This document shows, piece by piece, positions 18,029 through 28,484 of a stretch of 64,000 bases of DNA (position 1 is its first letter; every line of letters begins with the position of its first letter). This stretch comes from a virus, in the IMG/VR virus record IMGVR_UViG_3300045988_155520, positions 96,001 through 160,000 of that record; one strand, given 5' to 3'. The notes under the pieces are model-generated. The model was not told the DNA's origin and ran no database searches. It saw nothing but the letters and a program-made list of their open reading frames with translations. Both the position numbers and the translations under genes were made by a program.

Positions 18029-18194
18029 TTGATAGGTTGCATCTTTTCCTCCAAGATGCAACTTTTTTTATTATATCAAGTAAATTTGTCAATCTAAAGT
18101 CGTGTCTATTTCCACCATTCATTAATTCATTCTCATAGACTTCTTTTAAAAGTTCTATACTTTTATCTATTTTTTCTAAATTTTCTTGTTTCAT
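17997..18194 (-). CDS. small hypothetical protein (uncertain)
   Basis: 65-aa ORF with ATG start. Its 3' part runs through the terminator hairpin and overlaps 17633-18028 by 32 nt. Confidence 0.3.
   Translation of the reverse strand: MKQENLEKIDKSIELLKEVYENELMNGGNRHDFRLTNLLDIIKKVASWRKRCNLSTNYGSRLVRW
18035..18069 (+). terminator. intrinsic terminator
   Basis: GGTTGCATCTT-7 nt-AAGATGCAAC followed by TTTTTTT. Confidence 0.7.
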
Positions 18195-18234
18195 AATTTT
18201 TAAAATTATAGTTATAAATATTTAACGATAATAA

Positions 18235-18266
18235 TTTGTTAGTTTAGGAAATATGTTTTATTTTTG
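18235..18266 (+). promoter_or_regulatory. Bacteroidota-type promoter TTTG-N20-TATTTTTG-CA
   Basis: -33 TTTG at 18235-18238 and -7 box at 18259-18266, with exactly 20 nt between them. Confidence 0.65.
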
Positions 18267-18287
18267 CATAGAATTAAAATTGTATTT

Positions 18288-18743
18288 ATGATGCTTAATA
18301 AAACTTATTTAAAAGAATTATATAAGAGTTGTAATCATAAGTTCTTTAATGATGAACTTCCTAAAACTGGTTTATCGTTTAGAATAGACCATTCTATTCA
18401 TAATGTAGCAGGATGTTATTTCTCCACTAAAAATAATAAAATAAACACTGTGATTTATTTTAGTGATATGTATGAGTGGAATGAAGATTATCTTGAAAGA
18501 ATTATGTTACATGAAATGGTTCATATTTTTTTATATTCTTCAAATAGAAAAGCAGACTCTAAGCATGGTAAACGTTTTAAAGAGGTTTGTGTGAATATTA
18601 ATACCAAGTTTGGTGTTAATGTACCCTTAGACGGTTCTTTTATATCGCTTACTGACGAAGGTTTACAACAAAAAAATGCTAATAAAAAAACACACAATAT
18701 TTTCTTATCAGCACTTAATTACTTATTAAATAAGTTGTTTTAA
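18288..18743 (+). CDS. SprT-like zinc metalloprotease domain protein
   Basis: HExxH in RIMLHEMVHIFLY. The track start at 18264 is TTG inside the promoter, so the first ATG at 18288 is used. Confidence 0.6.
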   Translation: MMLNKTYLKELYKSCNHKFFNDELPKTGLSFRIDHSIHNVAGCYFSTKNNKINTVIYFSDMYEWNEDYLERIMLHEMVHIFLYSSNRKADSKHGKRFKEVCVNINTKFGVNVPLDGSFISLTDEGLQQKNANKKTHNIFLSALNYLLNKLF

Positions 18744-18745
18744 TT

Positions 18746-19153
18746 CTATTTGTATATTTGGTTGATTGCGTAGCTCTGATTACTTCTATTGTTCATTGCA
18801 CTATAGTTGATTCTCTTAATTAAATCACCAATAGTCATTTTGTCACCATATTTCTGTGCAAACGATTGTAATTGTTTAATCATCTCTTGTTTCTTGTCGT
18901 ATGCACCCTGCTCTTTATAATTTGTTTTTGCTGCCTGCCAACGTTTACCCAAATTATAGTTTACTTCTGTATCATTTGGTGCGTTATGTCTTTGTGATGC
19001 ATTTCCTACACCTCTACCGAAAAACGCATTAGCACCAGCCTTTACATTATCCCAAACGCCTTCATTTGTCATATTCTCTTGTAAAGCGGTTCTTACTGAA
19101 TTTTCTATAATATTATGTAAATCAGCCTCTGTTAGTCTTATAACTTGTTTCAT
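18746..19153 (-). CDS. hypothetical protein, CTS-like N-terminal family (paralog of 38101-38526)
   Basis: N-terminus MKQVIRLTEADLHNIIENSVRTALQEN versus MKKTIKLTEEELHQLIENTVYDILNEG. Confidence 0.65.
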   Translation of the reverse strand: MKQVIRLTEADLHNIIENSVRTALQENMTNEGVWDNVKAGANAFFGRGVGNASQRHNAPNDTEVNYNLGKRWQAAKTNYKEQGAYDKKQEMIKQLQSFAQKYGDKMTIGDLIKRINYSAMNNRSNQSYAINQIYK

Positions 19154-19157
19154 AATT

Positions 19158-19165
19158 TATTTATA
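19158..19165 (-). promoter_or_regulatory. TATAAATA octamer on the minus strand, 4 nt upstream of the ATG at 19153
   Basis: Plus strand reads TATTTATA. Confidence 0.3.
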
Positions 19166-19212
19166 TTTTTAATATAAATATCATTTATTTTTTATTTATT
19201 TATCTTTTTACA

Positions 19213-19244
19213 TTTGTTTTTTTTATAAAGATATTGTATCTTTG
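19213..19244 (+). promoter_or_regulatory. Bacteroidota-type promoter TTTG-N20-TATCTTTG-CA (DNA polymerase)
   Basis: -33 TTTG at 19213-19216 and -7 box at 19237-19244, with exactly 20 nt between them. 60 nt upstream of the ATG at 19305. Confidence 0.7.
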
Positions 19245-19304
19245 CAACGTTTCTGATGCCATTGTTGATGTGGCTTTAAGAATATAATTTTTAAACAATA
19301 ATTT

Positions 19305-22300
19305 ATGAAGCAAATTACACCTGAAGACGTTGAGAGGTTTCTCAATGGTCATGACCCTATGGAAAGAATTATATCCATAGAGTGCGGTTATGATGATAAT
19401 ACAGCAAGTATTATCTATGTTAATGAAAATGGTGACAAGCGTGTTAAACGTGAAAATTTTTATCCCTTTGTTTGGGTTAAAAATAGTGCTTGTCAAAGAA
19501 TGTTTGGTGGAGATAGGAGTTTATTTGTTAGAAAACTTCGCCAATACGGAATCAAAATCAAAGCTCTTCAAACTCAGGGAGATGATGGAAGTGTTAGTTC
19601 ACGTCTTGATGAAGGTTATAAATTCCTTTTTTATTCGTACAGAAAGATGTCATATAAAGTCTTTATGATGTTCTTTCAGGAATCTGGTGTGCCTATATAT
19701 GAAAGGAAAAAGAAAAACGATGATGCAATAGGTGGTAGTAAAGAATTTATGACCTGTAGTCCTGTGGAACAGTTTATGATTTCCACTGGTAAAAGACTTT
19801 TTAAAGGTTATGATAATTATGATGACTTAAAGAGAACTACTTTTGACCTTGAAACTGAAGGTCTTAATGCGAAGTATCATATGATTAGTCAAATTGGTTA
19901 TCGTAATAATAAGGGTTTTCAGAAAATTATTAATATAACAGGTAATAAAGAGGAAAAGTGGAAATCCGAAATAGCAGCTATTGAGGAATTTGTTAGGATT
20001 CTTTCCGAAGATAAACCAGATAATGTTGCAGGTCATAACTCTGAAAACTTCGACTGGGATTTTATTATTAATAGATGTAAAGAACACGGAGTAGATTTCT
20101 CTGAACTTTCTGAGAAGTACCTCAATAGACACCCTATTTTCAAGAAGAAGAAGCAGACTGTCTTGAAACTTGGTGGTGAAATGGAGTATTATTATCCGAC
20201 TATTATGTGGGGTACTAATATCATTGATTCTATGCATGCTGCACGTAGAGCGCAAGCACTTGATTCAAGTATGAAGTCATCTAATTTGAAGTATGTTACT
20301 AAATATCTTGGATTAAATAAGCAAAATCGTGTATATGTTCCTGGAGATATTATTAACCAAACATGGGCGGTAACTGATGAAGTATATGCATTTAATGATG
20401 ATAATGGTGATTGGTACAAGGTTACAGATAGTAAACCATTAAGAGAAGGATATGTTTTAAAATCTGGTAAATATATCGTTGAACGTTATTTGTATGATGA
20501 CTTATGGGAAACAGATAAAGTAGAACTTAAATTAAATGAGTCTAATTTCCTTGTTGGAAAGATGATTCCGACTTCGTTTTCACGTACTTGTACTATGGGT
20601 ACTGCTGGTGTGTGGAAACTTATAATGCTTGCATGGTGTTACGAGAATGACTTAGCGATTCCATCTACAACTTCTAATAGAAAGTTTACAGGTGGTCTTT
20701 CACGTCTTCTTATAACAGGATATGTTTCACGTATTGTAAAGTTGGATTTTAATTCCCTTTATCCTTCTATTATTCTTACATGGAATATTTCTACTTCTCT
20801 TGATGTAATGAATATTATGTTATATCTCCTTGAGTATATTCTTACACAAAGAGAGAAATATAAGGATTTAAAGAATCAAGCTGGTTCAAAAGCCGATGAA
20901 ATTAAAGATGAGATTGCTAACGCTACAGGTCTATCCGAAGATGAAATTAACAAAATGTTAGAAGCCGTTAGATATTGGAAAGCTGAAAAGATTGGTAACG
21001 ATAAAAAACAGCTTCCTCTAAAGGTGTTAGGTAACGGTTTCTTTGGTTCTTATGGATGTCCTATGGTTTTCCCATTTGGAGATATTGATGCAGCAGAGAA
21101 AACAACTTGTATTGGTCGTATGTCTTTACGACTTATGATTTCTCACTTTACCAATATTGGTTATACACCTGTTGTAGGAGATACTGATGGTTTTAACTTC
21201 CAAATGCCAGAAGAAGATAAATTTAGATATAATAACGAACATCCATATATAAGTACTGGTGGTGGACGTAATAGTGTGAAAGGTAAAGCATACACACGTG
21301 TTGATGCTGATGTGGCAGAATTTGAAGATACTTATTTTACCCATGCATGGAATGGTGGAGTTAATAAAATGGGTCTTGGAATAGATGAGTATTGTGATGC
21401 TTGTATTCAGTTTGCACGTAAGAACTATGCTGACCTCATGCCAGATGGTAAGACGAAGAAAGTAGGTAACACTATTAAATCACGTAAGATGTCTGGTTAT
21501 CTTGAGAAGTTTATTGATACAGGTATTGATTTACTTCTTCATGACAACGGCTATAAGTTCCTTGAGAACTATTACAATTATATCGAGCAAATTTACAATT
21601 ATCAAATTCCAGTTAGAGATATTGCTTCTAAGGGTAATATTAAAAAGACCATGGAAGAGTATATTGCTGATTCAAAAACTCTTACAAAGAGTGGTAGTAA
21701 AAAATCACGTCAAGCATGGTATGAATTAGCTCTTAAAGAGAATATACCTGTAAAAGTAAGTGATACAATATATTATATCAATACTGGTGTTAAGAAAAGT
21801 CAATCAGATGTTAAGCGTATTACTCATCAATATACTATTATAAATGGTGAAGAAATAGAACTGACAGCTAAGATTATAAGACAATTATTATCTCCTATTT
21901 GCGAGAAACAAGGTGTACTTTATAAGAATCTTAAGACGAAAGATAAAAAGGAAATGCTTAAGCCTTTCGTTAAACGTGAAGAAGATGAGATTATATTAAA
22001 TTGTCAAATTGTTCCTTCAGATATTATTAATAGTGAAGATGATATTTTATGTAGTGAAATAGAAGATTTAGGTTATGAACCTATTGAATATAATGTTGAC
22101 AAGTATATATCACAGTTTAATAATAGAATACGTCCGCTTTTAGTATGTTTTTCACCAGATATTAGAAATGAAATTCTTATAACTAATCCAAAGGATAGAA
22201 AATTTTTCACTGAGGCTGAATCTAAGCTTGTTCACGGCTATCCAAATAAGCCTACCGACCAAGATACCTATGAGGCACTTATGACCCCTGAGAGGAAAGA

Positions 22301-22646
22301 AATTGAGTTCTGGTTGAAGATTAATGAACGTCCACCTTTTGTTGATGAGTGTGGAATAGATTGGGATAGTTTAGTTAATAAGTATTACGAGGAACGTTCT
22401 CAAGAAGATAATGAAACTTATAAATTGGAAAATACTCGTTATTTGGAAGCATTAGAAAAGATTACGCCAGAAGATGTAGAAGCATTTGAGGAAGACGGTG
22501 TTATACCTTCTTATATTACATCTATTGTTACAATGGGTTCTGATTTGCACTTCTATTTTAACAATATTCCAGATAAAAAGCCTTCAACAGGCGGTTATGT
22601 ATTTGATGATATTTCAGTACCACAAGAAGTTGACGTTTCGTATTAA
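19305..22646 (+). CDS. family B DNA polymerase with 3'-5' exonuclease domain
   Basis: ExoI FDLETEG, ExoII HNSENFDWDFI, ExoIII YLYDDLWETD, motif A KLDFNSLYPSII, motif B KVLGNGFFGSYG, motif C VVGDTDGFNF. Confidence 0.95.
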   Translation: MKQITPEDVERFLNGHDPMERIISIECGYDDNTASIIYVNENGDKRVKRENFYPFVWVKNSACQRMFGGDRSLFVRKLRQYGIKIKALQTQGDDGSVSSRLDEGYKFLFYSYRKMSYKVFMMFFQESGVPIYERKKKNDDAIGGSKEFMTCSPVEQFMISTGKRLFKGYDNYDDLKRTTFDLETEGLNAKYHMISQIGYRNNKGFQKIINITGNKEEKWKSEIAAIEEFVRILSEDKPDNVAGHNSENFDWDFIINRCKEHGVDFSELSEKYLNRHPIFKKKKQTVLKLGGEMEYYYPTIMWGTNIIDSMHAARRAQALDSSMKSSNLKYVTKYLGLNKQNRVYVPGDIINQTWAVTDEVYAFNDDNGDWYKVTDSKPLREGYVLKSGKYIVERYLYDDLWETDKVELKLNESNFLVGKMIPTSFSRTCTMGTAGVWKLIMLAWCYENDLAIPSTTSNRKFTGGLSRLLITGYVSRIVKLDFNSLYPSIILTWNISTSLDVMNIMLYLLEYILTQREKYKDLKNQAGSKADEIKDEIANATGLSEDEINKMLEAVRYWKAEKIGNDKKQLPLKVLGNGFFGSYGCPMVFPFGDIDAAEKTTCIGRMSLRLMISHFTNIGYTPVVGDTDGFNFQMPEEDKFRYNNEHPYISTGGGRNSVKGKAYTRVDADVAEFEDTYFTHAWNGGVNKMGLGIDEYCDACIQFARKNYADLMPDGKTKKVGNTIKSRKMSGYLEKFIDTGIDLLLHDNGYKFLENYYNYIEQIYNYQIPVRDIASKGNIKKTMEEYIADSKTLTKSGSKKSRQAWYELALKENIPVKVSDTIYYINTGVKKSQSDVKRITHQYTIINGEEIELTAKIIRQLLSPICEKQGVLYKNLKTKDKKEMLKPFVKREEDEIILNCQIVPSDIINSEDDILCSEIEDLGYEPIEYNVDKYISQFNNRIRPLLVCFSPDIRNEILITNPKDRKFFTEAESKLVHGYPNKPTDQDTYEALMTPERKEIEFWLKINERPPFVDECGIDWDSLVNKYYEERSQEDNETYKLENTRYLEALEKITPEDVEAFEEDGVIPSYITSIVTMGSDLHFYFNNIPDKKPSTGGYVFDDISVPQEVDVSY

Positions 22647-22650
22647 CACA

Positions 22651-22686
22651 AAAAAAGAGTATAGAATTAATACTATACTCTTTTTT
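22651..22686. terminator. bidirectional hairpin between the polymerase and fibre genes
   Basis: AAAAAAGAGTATAG-8 nt-CTATACTCTTTTTT. Confidence 0.7.
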
Positions 22687-22705
22687 ATTTTATCACATAT
22701 TTTTA

Positions 22706-23524
22706 TTAATATTCACCGCAATCATAAACGTCAATATTTGCTTTAACTTCAGTTAAATTTCCAGTGACTTGTTTTTCAAATTTAACATTATGAGCGTCAT
22801 CTGTTATATTATCAAAATCATATTCTTTCGAATTAGTAGCACTACCACCACCTATTACTTTCAAGTCGTAATTAATAGTTCCATCAGATTTTTTAGTGCG
22901 AGTAAAACCAATAGTGTTATCTGAACTTGTTATTTCAGTAACAGTTTTACCGCTTAATTCCTTTGTTCTTGTATTAAGGTCATTAAGTGCAGCAGCTACT
23001 ACTTTTTCATTGTCGGTAATAATTTTATTAACCTTCTTAAATGCCTTGTTTACAGTATCTGTACCACTTATAGTTAACGGCTCTAATGCATTTAAATTTG
23101 TTGTGTCATAATCATTACCAAGAGTTAATGTATTTGGATTTATTGTTACATTAGCGACACCATTGTTAACTGTACCAGCTGTACCATTTACACTAACATT
23201 CTTAATTGTACTGTTAGGATTAAAGTCTGGTGTTGAAGTTGGTCTCCAGTTTTCTAATTTTTGTGTTTCAGACAGTAGTACACCATTCTGTGTATCCTCT
23301 GGTCCAACATACATATACTGTGTTTTTTCATCAGCAACATAAACTGTCATACCGATATGAATGAGAGCGTAATTACCAGATGTATTCCATGTACTTGCAC
23401 CAGCTGTTAAGTTAGCCTTTGTTTTAACAATATATCTTGCATCAACAGGGTCTGATGAGCCAGCCATCATTGGTGCTGGTAATGCAATACTATTACTATG
23501 TAATACGAAATTTTTTTCAGCCAT
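22706..23524 (-). CDS. tail fibre-like protein
   Basis: 272 aa, S/T/N/G-rich, last gene of the fibre operon, ends in DCGEY. Confidence 0.55.
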   Translation of the reverse strand: MAEKNFVLHSNSIALPAPMMAGSSDPVDARYIVKTKANLTAGASTWNTSGNYALIHIGMTVYVADEKTQYMYVGPEDTQNGVLLSETQKLENWRPTSTPDFNPNSTIKNVSVNGTAGTVNNGVANVTINPNTLTLGNDYDTTNLNALEPLTISGTDTVNKAFKKVNKIITDNEKVVAAALNDLNTRTKELSGKTVTEITSSDNTIGFTRTKKSDGTINYDLKVIGGGSATNSKEYDFDNITDDAHNVKFEKQVTGNLTEVKANIDVYDCGEY

Positions 23525-23536
23525 TGTTTCTTACTA

Positions 23537-24871
23537 TTAATTCATTTTTAGTTCAAATTTAACAGATGCTAAAGCACCACCATTCCAAGTATATGTATAA
23601 TACTTAACTTTAACAGCATTTCCATCTGAATCAGTGAATATTGTTTCATCACTTTCAACAGGAGTTCCAAAACCGCTCAATTTATTTACATCATATTTAC
23701 CACTAATAGTATTAAATGCATTTGCAGCTGTTAATTTCTTAGGAGTCTTAATAACAAGAGGGTTAGCGTTGTCGGTATTAGGGAATTGAACCTGATATGT
23801 CCATGCCTTTGTCCACGCCTGTAAAGGAAGTTCTACAAGGTTAGTTGAAAAAGTACTACCAGTATTTGCAGAAACAGGTGCTGTTACATTAATTGTAATA
23901 TTGTTACTTGTCGCTACGCTACCTGCTGGGTGTGGGTTTGCAACATTACCACCATTAGTAGTCTTAATTGGATTTGGACTATCACCCTTTGATGTACGGA
24001 TAGTTGCACCAGCTGCATAATTAGCTGTACCATTGTAAACAAAAGCACCTAATGTAGCATATACAGTTTTGTTGTTATCTCTATTAACTTTTGTACCAGT
24101 TGTCATAGCACCATTGTTATTTGTATATGTTTCAGTTGTTTTTGCACCTACATATCTAATATCAGCAGTTACTTTGTCTTCCACATGTACATTACCTTGA
24201 TTAAGAGTTACTGATAAATTACTATCTTCTAGTGCCTCAGAGCCAATTTTAACAGATGCACCATTAGAATACTTATTAGTAGCAATAGTTGCGGTAGGTT
24301 CAGTAACTGTTGGATAAATAGTTTTGAAAATTAATTTATCAATTATCTCTGATAATGTATAGTTGTTCAAAGAACCAGCTGTAGTACCAGCTTCAATATC
24401 ACCGATAGTTTCTGGAACTTTCAGGTTAACTGGTGATACGTTTGTATACATCAATTTAAATGCATCCTTTGTTGTTTCTATCTGACCATCTGGTTTAACC
24501 GTCTCTTTTGTTATAACGTACTTGTCAGATGAAACGGTGTCACCACTTGTAGGATTTGAATCCTCAGCTGTCTTAGAATATTGTCCATCAGCATCTTCCA
24601 AACGTTTAATTTCTTTGATAGTTTCACCTCGTTTGGATTTCTTAATAATATCCTGAAGATTTAATGTGTAAATGGTATCTACGTTATTCTTCTTAATTTT
24701 AAAACCAATAATCTGTGCAACACCGTTCGATTCAGTTGCTGTTGCATCTTTGTAGCTTACTACAATTGGTTCACCATCTAAAAGATTTGCGCTTTGACCA
24801 GTAAGAGCTGCTTTAGCTTCATCTATTGTATTATAGATGTTGTTGCTTCTCCGAAGTTGTAAATGTCTCAT
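23537..24871 (-). CDS. tail fibre protein with Mtd_N-like N-terminus
   Basis: N-terminus MRHLQLRRSNNIYNTIDEAKAAL..DGEPIVVSY; T/N/G-rich body. Confidence 0.6.
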   Translation of the reverse strand: MRHLQLRRSNNIYNTIDEAKAALTGQSANLLDGEPIVVSYKDATATESNGVAQIIGFKIKKNNVDTIYTLNLQDIIKKSKRGETIKEIKRLEDADGQYSKTAEDSNPTSGDTVSSDKYVITKETVKPDGQIETTKDAFKLMYTNVSPVNLKVPETIGDIEAGTTAGSLNNYTLSEIIDKLIFKTIYPTVTEPTATIATNKYSNGASVKIGSEALEDSNLSVTLNQGNVHVEDKVTADIRYVGAKTTETYTNNNGAMTTGTKVNRDNNKTVYATLGAFVYNGTANYAAGATIRTSKGDSPNPIKTTNGGNVANPHPAGSVATSNNITINVTAPVSANTGSTFSTNLVELPLQAWTKAWTYQVQFPNTDNANPLVIKTPKKLTAANAFNTISGKYDVNKLSGFGTPVESDETIFTDSDGNAVKVKYYTYTWNGGALASVKFELKMN

Positions 24872-24953
24872 TATATATAAAATTAATTATTTTTATTATT
24901 ATATATAATCTTACCATAGGTTTTTAATTACTTACAGTAAGATTTATTTTTTT

Positions 24954-27900
24954 TTAGAATGTTCCGTAATCAATAGAACCGTCAAAGTAAAGTCCATTAG
25001 ATTCTGCATTTTCTTTAGAATCTTTTACATGTACTATTTTAATAAGGTTGTAATCGTGTCCTATTTCACTTGTATTTTGTACTTCTATATTCTCATTACC
25101 AGTGTCACTTTGTCCTTCTGAACCATGTGTACCATTGTAATGTGCTAAACGTACATCTACAGCTAATTTATTTACGTTACTGCCATTATCTTTCTTAGCA
25201 GAAATTCTACTTGAATAAGTATCTGAACCATTATAAAGATTATCAATATTGTCTTTAACAATTTTTAATTCATCGGCTAATTTACGGTCTGCATCTATTA
25301 AACTTGTTGCATTCTGTAAAATTTCATTAGTTGTACCACCATTTAGTCCTTGATAATTCTCTCCATCAGTAACATTATCTTTTCCAGTAACGATTTTACC
25401 TATTATTTTAATGTTATTCTTAAGAGTTTCTGAAACATCATTTGTTTCTTTTTTAATGAAGTTTCTTACTTTATCTCCGCCAACATACAAACCATTATTA
25501 CTTATTGTTAACAAGTTGTCTGCATGGTCTACATCATTACCCTCTCCAGCTAAAATAACCCTTGCTGATAATATGTCGGTATGGTTATCAGCACTAACCA
25601 TATCTCTGTCATTTCTAACAAGTTTAATAGCTGAATTAGTTTCGTAGTTTTTAACATCCCACTCATTGAACAAGTCCATTACTGGTACTGTAATATTGTT
25701 GGTTGTTTTACGTCCTTCAACATCAACCTCGTATGTTATGACAAGACTCTTGATATCCTTATCATATACCATACCTTTAATAACAGAACCAGCATTCAAT
25801 GTAATGGTCTGTTCTTCGTTCATTGCAGATGTCTTCCATTTAAGGCTATTCGTACCGCTATCATATCTTAAATTGATAGAAGCGTATACACCTGCACCGT
25901 CAGCATTATTAGAAATCTTAATAATGTTATCTGAAGCAGTCGATGGTAAAACCTGTGCATTAACGACATTAGTAGTAGTATCAATATTGTCTTTCACAAC
26001 ATTGAATTTTATAGTAGAGTTCTCACTTTTGAATGTGTACTTACCATTTTTAATTGCATCTTTTAAATCATCAGATACTTTAGTAATTTTAGTATCTAAT
26101 TTTTCATCATTTGCTTTTAATTGAGTAATTTGTTCACTATTATCATTTGTTTTACTCTTTAAATTCGTAATGTCATTCTTGTTAACATCAATTTTACTCT
26201 CTAATGTACGTATGCTATTAGAATTAGTCTCACTTGCATTCGTTGCATTTGTTAATTTATTCTTTAATGAAGCTATTTCATTGGTATTACTTTCTACTTT
26301 TCCTCTTAAAGTATCTATGTTATTACCATTGCTTTCACCCTTAGTTTTAACAACCGCTAACTCGTTCTTTAAACCATCAATAGCATCCTTATTTTCCTTA
26401 ATCTTCTGACTTGAAACATAAAGTTTTTGTACACCATCTTCCTCTACCTGTGTAAGGATATTATCATCCTTATGACGAACAATGTGTACATCAGCAGTTA
26501 ATACGTCTTTACCATTGATAACTCTTGTTCTGTTAAGTTCAACAGTATGATTCTGGTTTTCTGTTTGAGATGTTTCCCATTCGGTAATTAAACCGCTCAT
26601 AGGAATACTTACAGTTTCTCCGTTCTTGCTTTCAATATCATCAAAAACAAGTACTAACTCCTCTGTCTCAGCTTTATATTCAGCCTTTTTAACAATCTTA
26701 GATGTAGCAAGAGGTATTCTACGTACACGTGAAGCATTAGTTGAATCTGATACAATTAACTCGTTCTTAGTCGCATCATAATCAATAGTAGCTAACAAAC
26801 CTGTATTAGTTTCAATTACAAGGTTGTTATCTCGATTAAGTTTAACATCACCTGTAATTTTAAAACCGTCTACAGTCTCATTCTTTGTTAATTGAACGGT
26901 ACTTGTTTCACCTACATTGACGTTAGCGTTCTTATTTAACTTATTTAATGTCTTATTGATACTATCAAGCTCTTTCTGTGCGTCTGTATTAACACCGTCT
27001 TTGTTGTACTTGATATTAGATGCTCTTCTATCAACAAACAGACCATGTTCTGAGCCGACTTCTTTAATGGCGTTGTTATCATTTATGTCATTATAAATTT
27101 TAACATCAGCGGTTAATATATCAGCACCAGGATAGTTAGTTTGTTTCTTTAATTCTACAGAATGTGCCTCGTTATTTACGACCCATTCGTCAACTAAATG
27201 ACTTAAATCAATATCGGCTGTTTGTAATTCACTTTTTTGGTTATAATACTCTAATATAACTTTCTCATTTACAGTATCTGTATATATTCTATTAATAAAA
27301 GAAGCACTGTTTAATTTAAAACTCTGCTTTTTATTTTTACTATCAGAAGATGTATTGATAAATGTGATGGTATTAGTTTTATCATCATATTCGATATCTA
27401 TACCAGCATATAAACCATCAATTACATTATCTGAACCATACTTCCACTGTAATAAGTTTGTAGGGTCATTAGAAATTGGTGTTTTTAAAGAATCTAAAGC
27501 GTCTTGTACGTTAGTCTTTTTACCTGTTTTGTCATAGTAGCTGATATTCTTAGCTTGACCAGATACATAAAGATACTTACCGTCACCTATAGTCTTTAAG
27601 ATGTTATCTACACCCATTTCTTTAGGTGCAATTCTAACATCAGCTTTTAATACATCTTTCCATTTACCACTACGTCTGTCATTGTCTACAACACCAGTAT
27701 CTGAATGGCGGTCTCTTGTAAGTACAATAGGAGTTTTACTTGATTCTCCTTCTGTAGTCCATTCATCAATAAGGTCATCCATATCAACCTTTAGTTCACG
27801 TCCATCAGCATATTTGAAAATCAATGCTTCCTTTGTAATATCATAATAACCATCTTCTATAGTTGGTAATGATATATCTGTCTCATTATCATTAACTTGG

Positions 27901-28460
27901 AATTTGAGTACTTTTTTATCATTATCATATGTCATACCAACATAAGAGTAAAGTCCATCCTTATTTTCTTTAATGATGTTCCCTACTTCTTTTCTATTGA
28001 GAATAACATTATCAGCGATTTTAACACTACCTGATAAAATATTTTCAGTACCGTCAGTTGATGTAGTCTTTGTTAATTCAAGTGTATTACTATTCTTTGT
28101 GACAAAAGCAAACTTCTTAACAGCATCAGCTATCTCTTTGTAAGCATTATCAACTCGTTCATTAACACCTTCGATGTCAATGAAGAATACTTTATTTTGA
28201 GTACTTGGTGTTCTTCCGTCTCCCTTTGAACCAATGGCTAAGATAACGTTTGGATTTTCTTTATCACCATATTCTAAAACCATAGGTTCTGCATACAAAG
28301 GAAGCCAATCTATTGCATTGTCAGCACCAGTATCACCAGTTATCTTGAATGCAGTATTAACAACGCTATTACCAGTTACATAAGCAATTGCCTCTTCTCT
28401 TGTCTTAAATATTCCTTCGTTACCATCTCCGTGATGTACGAATTGTAATCTATTTATCAT
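24954..28460 (-). CDS. large tail fibre protein (1168 aa) with repeated modules and a central coiled coil
   Basis: Recurrent units ..DEW..H.VEL..G.D(V/I)LTADV.I...DN.L......GLYV. N/S/T-rich heptad region. Ends in DYGTF. Confidence 0.7.
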   Translation of the reverse strand: MINRLQFVHHGDGNEGIFKTREEAIAYVTGNSVVNTAFKITGDTGADNAIDWLPLYAEPMVLEYGDKENPNVILAIGSKGDGRTPSTQNKVFFIDIEGVNERVDNAYKEIADAVKKFAFVTKNSNTLELTKTTSTDGTENILSGSVKIADNVILNRKEVGNIIKENKDGLYSYVGMTYDNDKKVLKFQVNDNETDISLPTIEDGYYDITKEALIFKYADGRELKVDMDDLIDEWTTEGESSKTPIVLTRDRHSDTGVVDNDRRSGKWKDVLKADVRIAPKEMGVDNILKTIGDGKYLYVSGQAKNISYYDKTGKKTNVQDALDSLKTPISNDPTNLLQWKYGSDNVIDGLYAGIDIEYDDKTNTITFINTSSDSKNKKQSFKLNSASFINRIYTDTVNEKVILEYYNQKSELQTADIDLSHLVDEWVVNNEAHSVELKKQTNYPGADILTADVKIYNDINDNNAIKEVGSEHGLFVDRRASNIKYNKDGVNTDAQKELDSINKTLNKLNKNANVNVGETSTVQLTKNETVDGFKITGDVKLNRDNNLVIETNTGLLATIDYDATKNELIVSDSTNASRVRRIPLATSKIVKKAEYKAETEELVLVFDDIESKNGETVSIPMSGLITEWETSQTENQNHTVELNRTRVINGKDVLTADVHIVRHKDDNILTQVEEDGVQKLYVSSQKIKENKDAIDGLKNELAVVKTKGESNGNNIDTLRGKVESNTNEIASLKNKLTNATNASETNSNSIRTLESKIDVNKNDITNLKSKTNDNSEQITQLKANDEKLDTKITKVSDDLKDAIKNGKYTFKSENSTIKFNVVKDNIDTTTNVVNAQVLPSTASDNIIKISNNADGAGVYASINLRYDSGTNSLKWKTSAMNEEQTITLNAGSVIKGMVYDKDIKSLVITYEVDVEGRKTTNNITVPVMDLFNEWDVKNYETNSAIKLVRNDRDMVSADNHTDILSARVILAGEGNDVDHADNLLTISNNGLYVGGDKVRNFIKKETNDVSETLKNNIKIIGKIVTGKDNVTDGENYQGLNGGTTNEILQNATSLIDADRKLADELKIVKDNIDNLYNGSDTYSSRISAKKDNGSNVNKLAVDVRLAHYNGTHGSEGQSDTGNENIEVQNTSEIGHDYNLIKIVHVKDSKENAESNGLYFDGSIDYGTF

Positions 28461-28484
28461 CTTGTAATAACTTTTTAATTTTTA

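Noticed and set aside
19200-19496. 98-aa minus-strand ORF overlapping the polymerase promoter and N-terminus
   Set aside because: It covers a well-formed TTTG-N20-TATCTTTG promoter and the first 190 nt of PolB. It has no independent signals.
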